This document shows, in pieces, positions 9,926 through 17,610 of a stretch of 64,000 bases of DNA (its first letter is position 1; every line of letters starts with the position of its first letter). The translations under genes and the position numbers were made by a program. The notes beneath the pieces are model-generated. The model ran no database searches, was not told the origin of the DNA, and saw only the letters and a program-made list of their open reading frames with translations. The stretch covers positions 498-64,497 of the forward strand of contig JAUIEZ010000008.1 in assembly GCA_030429665.1 (NCBI GenBank). Direction: 5' to 3'. This DNA comes from Gammaproteobacteria bacterium (GTDB lineage: Bacteria > Pseudomonadota > Gammaproteobacteria > Arenicellales > CAJQKF01).

Positions 9926-10094
9926 GGCGACGGTGCCAGGCCGGGCCGGCTTCATCCAAGGTGGTGCCTATCCATCCAGTGAAACAATCGATCAAATCTA
10001 TCGATACGATTTGACTTGTGTCAGATGTTTACGGGCGGTGCGGCGCTATCGTACGAATCGACGTATCGATTCTTTGTCCACGGAGTACACGAAC

Positions 10095-10292
10095 ATGAAA
10101 ACCGACAAGGTCACCCTCTATCGCGGCCTCGAGGCCGGTCCTTCGTGCATGCGTCCGGACTGCGCGGCGAACTGCGCCTACGCGGGCGCTTGCAAGGCGC
10201 AATGGGGCGCGGGTTCCCGGTCGCCGGCGCTCGCGCTGGCGCTGGCGGCGGTCGTCGCGATACTGGCCGGATATGCCTACCTCGTGAATTGA
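10095..10292 (+). CDS. Small (65 aa) Cys-rich, C-terminally membrane-anchored hypothetical protein
   Basis: GGAG lies 9 nt upstream of the ATG. Third codon positions are almost all G/C, as in genuine genes here. C-x4-C-x3-C-x5-C is followed by the TM helix ALALALAAVVAILAGYAYL. A GC hairpin follows at 10298-10315. Confidence 0.55.
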   Translation: MKTDKVTLYRGLEAGPSCMRPDCAANCAYAGACKAQWGAGSRSPALALALAAVVAILAGYAYLVN

Positions 10293-10414
10293 ATCGGGCG
10301 GGCCGCACGGCCCGCTCATCGCCCGATCGGACGCGCGTCCGACATGCTTGGGTCGCCGCGTCCGGGCTACAATGCCTCCCTTCGCATATCCAATCCCGCG
10401 ACGGGAGGCTTGCC

Positions 10415-11038
10415 ATGCTCACCATTCTCGGCCGGGCGTCGTCCATCAACGTACGCAAGGTCCTGTTCACTTGCGCCGAACTCGGCATCGACTACGAGCT
10501 CGAGGAATGGGGAGCGGGCGAGTTGTCGCTCGATGATCCGGCCTTTCTCGCGCTGAATCCGAATGCCAGGGTACCGGTGATTCGCGACGGCGACTTCGTG
10601 CTGTTCGAGTCCAATGCCATCTGCCGCTATCTCGCCGCGCGCGAGGGCGACGGGAACCTGCTGCCGGCGGACCCGAGGCAACGCGCGTTGGTGGAGCAAT
10701 GGATGGACTGGCAGGCCACGGAGCTCGACAACGCGTGGCGCTACGCGTTCATGGCACTGGTACGAAAGAGCGATCGGCACGCCGACGCCGCGGCGATCGA
10801 CGCCAGCGTAAGCGAGTGGAATCGGCACATGGCCATGGTGGACGACGCCTTGTCCCGAACCGGGTCCTGGCTTCGGCCGGACGGCTTTACCCTGGCCGAC
10901 ATCGTGGTCGGATTGATCACGCACCGTTGGTTCATGACGCCGATGGAGCGAGATCCCCTGCCTGCCGTCGAGGCATATTACGAACGGCTGTCAGAACGGC
11001 CGGGCTTTCAGCGCTTCGGCGTTGACGGCGGTCCCTGA
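10415..11038 (+). CDS. Glutathione S-transferase
   Basis: 207 aa. LNPNARVPVIRDGDFVLFESNAICRYL is the thioredoxin-like GST N-domain with the cis-Pro and ES motif, followed by a helical C-domain. Confidence 0.85.
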   Translation: MLTILGRASSINVRKVLFTCAELGIDYELEEWGAGELSLDDPAFLALNPNARVPVIRDGDFVLFESNAICRYLAAREGDGNLLPADPRQRALVEQWMDWQATELDNAWRYAFMALVRKSDRHADAAAIDASVSEWNRHMAMVDDALSRTGSWLRPDGFTLADIVVGLITHRWFMTPMERDPLPAVEAYYERLSERPGFQRFGVDGGP

Positions 11039-11063
11039 AGCTTTTGGTAGACTGCTGCTCATC

Positions 11064-11456
11064 ATGTCCGTACATATCGTTCGACTGGGTTCGCCGCGGG
11101 GTGTCGACGAGGGCATCCGGATCGGCACCGTCCGGCGGCCGCCGCGCGGCGTGCCGAAGAGCGAGTTCGCCACTCGCGATTACTACGACCTGTGGTTTCC
11201 CACGCTGGCGCCGAGCGTCGACACCATGAAACTCGGGCGCGCGGCGAAAACGCCGGCGGAACGAAAAGCGTTTTTCCGCCGGTACCGGTCGGAGATGGCC
11301 ACGGCGGACGCCAGGCACGCGCTCGATCTGCTGGCGGCGCTGTCGCATGTTACCGGGTTTTCCGTCGGTTGCTATTGCGAGGAGGAGGCGCACTGCCACC
11401 GTTCCGTGCTGCGCGAGCTGTTGCTCGAGCGCGGCGCGGACGTCGTCGCGGATTGA
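11064..11456 (+). CDS. DUF488 domain protein
   Basis: 130 aa. Pattern RIGTVRRPPRGV ... WFPTLAPS ... F.RRYRSEM ... CYCEEEAHCHRSVL is characteristic of DUF488. Confidence 0.8.
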   Translation: MSVHIVRLGSPRGVDEGIRIGTVRRPPRGVPKSEFATRDYYDLWFPTLAPSVDTMKLGRAAKTPAERKAFFRRYRSEMATADARHALDLLAALSHVTGFSVGCYCEEEAHCHRSVLRELLLERGADVVAD

Positions 11457-11675
11457 CGGGTCCGCCGGCGCGCTCGATCGTGCGCCCTTATGACGTATAA
11501 GATGGGCCGACGTCGCGCGAGGGGTCGGCGGGCGCGACGGCCGGGCACTGCCTTGTCGCCGCGCCGGGCAGTGCGGCCGCTCCCGAGGCGGCGCTCGCCC
11601 GTTTGATGTTTCGCGACGTCGCCGAGGAACCGGAGTGGGCGCCGACGAACCTTGAAAACCCCGATGGGAAAAACA

Positions 11676-12596
11676 ATGAAAATCGCAATCTATGGTGCCG
11701 GTGCGTTGGGCGGCTACTTCGGCGCCCGCCTGGTCCAGGCGGGCTACGACGTGGCGTTCATCGCCCGCGGCGCCCATCTCGACGCCATGCGGCGCGACGG
11801 CCTGCGCGTGGAAAGCGCGCTCGGCGACGTGCACCTTGCCGACGTGACGGCTACCGACGACCCGGCCCGGATTGGTGCGGTCGACCTCGTCTTGTTCCTG
11901 GTGAAACTGCAGGACACCACGGCCGCGGCTCGCGCGCTGGCGCCGCTTTTGGGCCCCGACACCGCCATCGCGTCGTTTCAGAACGGTATCGACGGCTGGC
12001 GGATGATCGGTGAAGTCGTGGGTGACGATCGCGTGTTCGGCGGCTCGGCGTACATTTTCGCCGACGTGCGCGCGCCTGGCGTCGTGCGGCACAGCGGCAC
12101 GCTGGCGCGGTTGGTGTTCGGTGAACTCGACGGTCCACCTTCCGACAGGGTACGAGCGCTCGACACGGCATTGACCGACGCGGGCGTCGATCACGAGGTG
12201 GTCGACAACGTCCGGGTGCGAACCTGGGAGAAGTTCGTGCTGCTGTCGGCGGTGAGCGGCGTCACTTCGCTTACGCGATTGCCCCTTGGCGGGATCCTTG
12301 CCGACGACGCGTGCGCCTCGCTGTTTCGCGATGCCCTGGAGGAGACGACGCGCGTCGGCCTGCGTGAATGCCCGGCGCTGGCGGCCGACATCGGTGAACG
12401 GCAGTTCGCTTTCGCCCGTTCCCTGCCGGCCGGCATGCGCTCGTCGATGTTCGACGACCTCGAGCGCGGCAAGCCGCTGGAACTCGAGTACCTGAGCGGT
12501 TCGGTGTCCCGCCTGGGACGCAGCCACGGATTGGAAACGCCGGTGCACGACGTCATCTTCCGCGCGCTGTCGCCGTACCGTAACGGTCGCCCGTGA
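11676..12596 (+). CDS. panE: 2-dehydropantoate 2-reductase (ketopantoate reductase family)
   Basis: MKIAIYGAGALGGYFGARL Rossmann N-terminus, then the NG.. and W.K motifs and the C-terminal ELEYL.G motif of the ApbA/PanE family. Confidence 0.8.
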   Translation: MKIAIYGAGALGGYFGARLVQAGYDVAFIARGAHLDAMRRDGLRVESALGDVHLADVTATDDPARIGAVDLVLFLVKLQDTTAAARALAPLLGPDTAIASFQNGIDGWRMIGEVVGDDRVFGGSAYIFADVRAPGVVRHSGTLARLVFGELDGPPSDRVRALDTALTDAGVDHEVVDNVRVRTWEKFVLLSAVSGVTSLTRLPLGGILADDACASLFRDALEETTRVGLRECPALAADIGERQFAFARSLPAGMRSSMFDDLERGKPLELEYLSGSVSRLGRSHGLETPVHDVIFRALSPYRNGRP

Positions 12597-12619
12597 CCCG
12601 CTGACGGCGATACCCGGCG

Positions 12620-12928
12620 TCAACCGCACGACAGGCGGGAGGCGAAGCCGGAGAATACCGTATCGCCCCCCGGTTGCCGGCACAGTGCGTGCACGTCGTG
12701 CAGGTTGCGCAGCTGTCGTTCCAGGTGATCCAGCCGCGCGGTGTCACGAACGCGCAGCCAGATGCGGGCGCGACGCCCGTCCGCCATCGGCAGGCAGGCG
12801 ATGCCGTCGAAGTCGAAACGGCGCCGCGACAATAATCCGCATACGTGCGACAGGGTGCCCGCGTGGTGGTTGACCGTGAGTTCGAGCACCGTGAAACGGT
12901 CGTTGGAGGATTCACGCTTCACAAGCAT
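12620..12928 (-). CDS. ilvM: Acetolactate synthase small (regulatory, ACT-like) subunit, IlvM-type
   Basis: 102 aa from the ATG at 12928, an internal start of ORF 12620-13108. FTVLELTVNHHAGTLSHVCGLLSRRRFDFDGI is an ACT-type fold. It overlaps the stop of the large subunit by 17 nt. Confidence 0.8.
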   Translation of the reverse strand: MLVKRESSNDRFTVLELTVNHHAGTLSHVCGLLSRRRFDFDGIACLPMADGRRARIWLRVRDTARLDHLERQLRNLHDVHALCRQPGGDTVFSGFASRLSCG

Positions 12929-14588
12929 TCTCCGTGAGCATGTGATGATTGGCGGCGCCGGGTGGCACCATCGGGTATACGCGAGCTTCGCCGTCGATGG
13001 GCGCGTGAATGAATCGCACGCCCGGCGCGCACAGTTCCGCCTGCAACCTTTCCCGATCGAACCCGCACCGGGCGAGGTCGAGTACCGGCCATCCGAACCC
13101 GCGCGCAACGGTGCAGAAATCGGTGCCGGCGTCGAGATCCGATGCGAACCGGTTGCCGCCGTAGAACAGGTCCTGCTGCTGGCGCACCAGGCCCATGGCG
13201 CGGTTGTTGAGCAGCACCAGCTTGATGTCCAGGCCGAGTTCGGCGGCCGTCGCCATTTCCTGGATGTTCATCAGCAGGCTGCCGTCGCCGCTGATGCATA
13301 TCACGCGCCGGTCCGGTTCGGCGAGCGCCGCGCCGATCGCGGCGGGCAGCCCGAAGCCCATGGTGCCAAGTCCGCCGGAGGTAAGCCATTGGCGCGGCCG
13401 GCTGAAGGGCCAGGCCTGCGCGGCCCACATCTGGTGCTGGCCGACGTCCGTTGTTACGACGGCGTCGGGCCCCGCGATCTTGCCGACGGTCCGGACGAGA
13501 TCCTCGGGTCGCGCCATGCCGCGTCCGCGTTTCGGCTCCGGGTAGGTTGCCCGCAACGCGCGGATCTCGTCGCGCCAGGCGGTTCGCGACGTCGGTGCGA
13601 GGTGATCGATCAGGGCGGCCAGCGTCGGCGTCACGTCACCGCACAGCGGATGGTCGGCGCGACGGATCTTGTGCAATTCGCTGGCGTCGACGTCGAGGTG
13701 GACGACTTTCGCGCGCGGACAGAACTCGGCGACCTTGCCGGTGGCGCGATCGTCAAACCGGGCGCCCATCGCCAGCAGCAGGTCGCAGCGTTGAAGCGCG
13801 TGGTTGGTCGCCTCGGCGCCGTGCATTCCCAGCATCCCCAGGGACAGCGGATGGTCGTACGGCATGACGCCGAGGGCCATCAGTGTCATGACCGCCGGTA
13901 GGTCGCAGCGCTCGGCCAGCGCACGGGCCAACTGCGCGCCGCCGCCGTGCACCACGCCCCCGCCAAGGTACAGAATCGGCCGCCGGCTCGCGGCGATGGC
14001 GTCGGCGGCGGACGAGATGGAGGCCGCGGGCGCGCAGCGGGGCGCCTCGGCGATACCGGGCGCGGGCCAGTGCCCGAACCTCACCGGCGCCTGTTGTACG
14101 TCCCTGGGTATGTCGACGAGCACCGGCCCGGGCCGTCCCGAGGCGGCGATCCGAAATGCCGCCGGAATCACCTCGAGCAGTTCCTCCGGCGAGCGCACGA
14201 GGAAGTTGTGCTTGCACACCGGCAGGCTCATTCCGTAGATGTCCACTTCCTGGAAGGCATCGGTCCCGATCAGGGGAAGGGCCACCTGGCCGGTGATGCA
14301 AACCAGCGGGATGGAGTCGAGCCGCGCGTCCGCCAGTGCGGTGAGGACGTTGGTCGCGCCCGGTCCGGAGGTCGCGAAGCACACCGCCGGTTCGCCGCTG
14401 ACGCGCGCCATGCCCTGTGCGACAAATGCCGCGCCCTGCTCGTGCCGGGCGAGCACGTGGCGAATGCGGCTCTTGCTCAACGCGTCGTAGAGTGGCAGGT
14501 TGGCGCCGCCGGGAATGCCGGCGAGCTGCGTGACACCCTGGCGCTCGATGAGCTCGATGGTGAGGGTGGCGCCCGTTCGCTTGATCAT
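12912..14588 (-). CDS. ilvG: Acetolactate synthase large (catalytic, ThDP/FAD) subunit
   Basis: 558 aa. GIPGGANLPLYDAL ... HEQGAAFVAQGMARVSG ... FATSGPGATN, plus the ThDP motif GDGSLLMNIQE. GGAG RBS 8 nt upstream. Confidence 0.95.
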   Translation of the reverse strand: MIKRTGATLTIELIERQGVTQLAGIPGGANLPLYDALSKSRIRHVLARHEQGAAFVAQGMARVSGEPAVCFATSGPGATNVLTALADARLDSIPLVCITGQVALPLIGTDAFQEVDIYGMSLPVCKHNFLVRSPEELLEVIPAAFRIAASGRPGPVLVDIPRDVQQAPVRFGHWPAPGIAEAPRCAPAASISSAADAIAASRRPILYLGGGVVHGGGAQLARALAERCDLPAVMTLMALGVMPYDHPLSLGMLGMHGAEATNHALQRCDLLLAMGARFDDRATGKVAEFCPRAKVVHLDVDASELHKIRRADHPLCGDVTPTLAALIDHLAPTSRTAWRDEIRALRATYPEPKRGRGMARPEDLVRTVGKIAGPDAVVTTDVGQHQMWAAQAWPFSRPRQWLTSGGLGTMGFGLPAAIGAALAEPDRRVICISGDGSLLMNIQEMATAAELGLDIKLVLLNNRAMGLVRQQQDLFYGGNRFASDLDAGTDFCTVARGFGWPVLDLARCGFDRERLQAELCAPGVRFIHAPIDGEARVYPMVPPGAANHHMLTENACEA

Positions 14589-14640
14589 CGGATCGATCTC
14601 CTGGAGGATCGCCCGGTCGGTCGCCAGCGGGGGTCGGGAA

Positions 14641-14675
14641 AAGAAAAACCCCCGCCGGTTCGCACCGGACGGGGG
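14641..14675 (-). terminator. Rho-independent attenuator terminator upstream of ilvG
   Basis: Minus strand reads CCCCCGTCCGG-TGCGAA-CCGGCGGGGG followed by TTTTTCTTTT. It sits between the leader peptide stop (14701) and the ilvG RBS. Confidence 0.85.
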
Positions 14676-14700
14676 TTTTGGATAACTTGATTCCTTCCCG

Positions 14701-14790
14701 CTACGGTGCGAACGAACGCACGACGACTACGACCAGTACGACGACGGGACGTACGGCAGCGGCCAGCAGCAGGGAAGACGGGTTTTTCAT
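14701..14790 (-). CDS. ilvL: ilv operon leader peptide (29 aa, Val/Leu-rich)
   Basis: Hand translation gives ATG AAA AAC CCG ... = MKNPSSLLLAAAVRPVVVLVVVVVRSFAP*. It has 9 Val and 4 Leu. Its 3' end (GTTCGCACCG) is complementary to part of the terminator. Confidence 0.8.
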   Translation of the reverse strand: MKNPSSLLLAAAVRPVVVLVVVVVRSFAP

Positions 14791-14928
14791 CGTAAGATTG
14801 GCGGTGAAAATTCGTGACTCGTAAACGTTACCCGCAGCCGGTCGGCGGTGTCAAGCGCGGGAACGTCGGTCGGCATACCGCCGGCACGACGATTCGTCGC
14901 AGCGACGATCGAAGACGAGCGAGATCTG

Positions 14929-15576
14929 ATGTTCGAATTCCTGGACCTTTATTGCGAACGCACGGCGTACGGGTGGTTGGCCGAGCCGTTCAACCTGGCG
15001 ACGAATCTCGCCTACTTCGTCGCCGCGTGGTTCGCCCTGGCCGATGCGCATCGACGCGGCGCGGTGACGGTGTCAACGAGGCTGTTGCTTATCCTCTTGT
15101 GCGCGGTCGGTTTCGGAAGCGCGGCGTTCCACGCGGCGGCGAACCGTTTGGCCCAGTTCCTGGACGAGCTTCCCATCGTGTTGTTCCAGGTGGCTTTTCT
15201 TTGGGCTTATTGCCGGGACGTCGCGCGCTGGCCGGTATCGCGCGCCACGTTGGTCTCGGCGTCGCTGCTGGCCGCGGTGCTGCTGTCGTCGAGATTCGCA
15301 GGTGCGTACAACGGATCGCTGGCCTATGTGCCCGCCCTGGTGTTCCTGTCCGGTATCGCCGTTTATCATTCCATGACCGATCGCGCGCGGCGCCATGCGA
15401 TGATGATGGCGGTCGTGGTGTTCACGACCTCGCTGGCCTTTAGAACCGTGGACATCGCCGTTTGTGAACGTTTCTCACGAGGCACGCATTTTCTTTGGCA
15501 TATCGGGACCGCGCTGACGCTATACCTCGTCATGGCCGGCTACCTGGCCAACCTGCGGTTCGGGCATCGGCCGTGA
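14929..15576 (+). CDS. Ceramidase-family (alkaline ceramidase / CREST-like) integral membrane protein
   Basis: Start at MFEFLDLYCE inside ORF 14848-15576. EPFNLATNLAYF, FHAAAN, HSM.D and FLWH motifs spread over ~7 TM helices are typical of bacterial ceramidase-domain proteins. Confidence 0.7.
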   Translation: MFEFLDLYCERTAYGWLAEPFNLATNLAYFVAAWFALADAHRRGAVTVSTRLLLILLCAVGFGSAAFHAAANRLAQFLDELPIVLFQVAFLWAYCRDVARWPVSRATLVSASLLAAVLLSSRFAGAYNGSLAYVPALVFLSGIAVYHSMTDRARRHAMMMAVVVFTTSLAFRTVDIAVCERFSRGTHFLWHIGTALTLYLVMAGYLANLRFGHRP

Positions 15577-15747
15577 AACTCGTCGCCTCGTACTCGGTAG
15601 CGCGGGCGCTCGTGCCCGTCCCGGCGTGCGAAACGGCGGATGGAGTAGGCGAGTCGTCCGCGTCGGCGTACGCCGACGCGCGGACCGACGGGTCGGGTTG
15701 TGGCAACGACGACGTGCGTGCGTCGTCTTTCAAGCGGAGGGCTTTCG

Positions 15748-16566
15748 ATGTCGGAATGGCAGCTTTCGAACAGTATGAATTTCGGGGGAGCGACGATTCG
15801 CTTCGATCAGCGCGGCAGTGGTTCGCCCGTGGTTCTCGTTCATGGCACGCCATGGTCGTCGTTCAACCTGCGCCACCTGGTGCAAGATCTGTCGCGCGAC
15901 CACGCCGTCTACTACTTCGACCTGCTCGGTTACGGTCAGTCCGACAAGCCGGACGCGGACGTTTCGCTGGGCGTTCAGAACGATTTGCTCGATGCGCTGC
16001 TCTCGCACTGGGAACTCGATGACCCGGTCGTCATCGGTCACGACTTCGGTGGCGCCACGGCGCTGCGCACCCGGCTGTTGAACCAGCGAGCGTTCAAACG
16101 GCTCGTTCTCATCGACGCGGTCGCGGTGTCTCCGTGGGGTTCGCCTTTTTTCCGGCACGTGCGGGAGCACGAATCGGCTTTCGCCGGCGTGCCGGACTAC
16201 ATTCACGACGCCGTGGTGCGGGCCTACGTCAAGACCGCGGCCCACCAACGACTGGACGAGGCCGTACTCGACGCCATCGTCGAGCCATGGACGGGCGCCG
16301 AAGGCAAGGCCGGCTTTTACCGACAGATTGCGCAGGCCGACGCCCGCTTCACCGACGAGGTTCAGCCTCGTTACGGCGAGATAGGCGAACCGGTGTTGAT
16401 CGTGTGGGGGCGCGAGGATTCCTGGATCCCGCTGTCGCGAGCCGAGTCGCTGCATGAATCGATGCGCGGATCGAGGCTGGAGGTCATCGACGATGCCGGT
16501 CACCTCGTCATCGAGGAGAAACCGGCGGAGTTGCTCGGCCGAATTCGCGCTTTCCTCGCAAACTGA
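15748..16566 (+). CDS. Alpha/beta hydrolase with Asp nucleophile (haloalkane/haloacetate dehalogenase- or epoxide hydrolase-like)
   Basis: HGTPWSSFNLRHL (HGxP oxyanion motif), nucleophile elbow VIGHDFGG (Asp, not Ser) and C-terminal DAGHLVIEE (catalytic His). Confidence 0.8.
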   Translation: MSEWQLSNSMNFGGATIRFDQRGSGSPVVLVHGTPWSSFNLRHLVQDLSRDHAVYYFDLLGYGQSDKPDADVSLGVQNDLLDALLSHWELDDPVVIGHDFGGATALRTRLLNQRAFKRLVLIDAVAVSPWGSPFFRHVREHESAFAGVPDYIHDAVVRAYVKTAAHQRLDEAVLDAIVEPWTGAEGKAGFYRQIAQADARFTDEVQPRYGEIGEPVLIVWGREDSWIPLSRAESLHESMRGSRLEVIDDAGHLVIEEKPAELLGRIRAFLAN

Positions 16567-16647
16567 ACGGCCGATGCCGCTCCGGCGCCGGGCCGTTGCC
16601 TGCTATCATGAGACGGCTTCCGCAACCCGGCTCCGGAGGTCACGGTC

Positions 16648-17610
16648 ATGCCGATATGCGAACTCGATCCCTGGCGTACCCAATACTTCGAGCACGTACC
16701 CTGTCCGGAAGACGTTCGGGTCCCCACCGAGGACGGTGACGCCTATCGCTGGTATCCGGCGTTCAAGTGGGTATACAACAAACTGTCCATCGCCGAGAGC
16801 CAGGACCTTCACTGCGGTCCCCACGGCATCGACCCGCCGGGGTTCCCGGTGTTTTCCAAGCCCATCTACAACATGCGCGGCATGGGCGCCGGCAGTCGCA
16901 TGTTTCGCACGCAGAAGGAATACAAGTACGGCCAGCGGCCGGGTCACATGTGGATGCAGATGCTCGACGGCGAGCACGTGAGCACCGATATCGCGGTCGT
17001 TGGCGGCCGCCCCGTGTGGTGGCGCCACGCCACCGGCGTTCCACTCGACGGCGGCATGTTCGACTACTGGATCGTTCACGCCGAGCCACGTTCCGCACTC
17101 GAAGCCTACTGCGGAGAATGGGTCGAACGTAATCTCGAGGGTTACACGGGCATGGTCAACGTCGAGACCATCGGCGGTGCCATCATCGAGGGTCACTTGC
17201 GCTTCGCCGACCAGTGGCCGGACCTCTACGGTCCCGGCTGGGTGGAAGCGCTTGTCGGTCTTTACACGGTCGGCCGCTGGGACTTTGCCGACGATGATCG
17301 GCGCACCGGCTACAGCGTGGTGTTGTTCGGGGCCCACAACGTGCGCTACCGTCATCCGCCCGGCGAGCTGGTCCGGGACCTGCTGGGAACGCCGGGTGTG
17401 ACAAGCATACAGATCACGTTTCACGAGGACCGGCCGGCCGCGGCGCACTCGATGCCGCCGGGCGGTTTCAGGCTCGCCATCGTCAACGGGCACGACCTCG
17501 ACGCGCAACGGCGGGTCCGCGAGCAACTGGCGCTGAGCTACTGGTCCACGCAGCACCTGGTTGCGAGACGCGGCCGGCGTCCCGGCGCGCCGAAGGAATC
17601 GGTGGGGTGA
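16648..17610 (+). CDS. Conserved hypothetical protein, probable ATP-grasp fold ligase
   Basis: 320 aa. PVFSKPIYNMRGMGAGSR resembles the ATP-grasp Lys plus Gly-rich loop. GEHVSTDIAVVGG and MVNVETIGGAIIEGHLR resemble the Mg/ATP-binding E-x-N region. The stop overlaps the next start (GTGATG). Confidence 0.6.
   Translation: MPICELDPWRTQYFEHVPCPEDVRVPTEDGDAYRWYPAFKWVYNKLSIAESQDLHCGPHGIDPPGFPVFSKPIYNMRGMGAGSRMFRTQKEYKYGQRPGHMWMQMLDGEHVSTDIAVVGGRPVWWRHATGVPLDGGMFDYWIVHAEPRSALEAYCGEWVERNLEGYTGMVNVETIGGAIIEGHLRFADQWPDLYGPGWVEALVGLYTVGRWDFADDDRRTGYSVVLFGAHNVRYRHPPGELVRDLLGTPGVTSIQITFHEDRPAAAHSMPPGGFRLAIVNGHDLDAQRRVREQLALSYWSTQHLVARRGRRPGAPKESVG

Noticed and set aside
10932-12683. 583-aa minus-strand ORF
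   Set aside because: It lies antisense to the DUF488 and panE genes, which have clear motifs and RBSs. Its composition is Arg/Ala/Pro-rich and non-genic.
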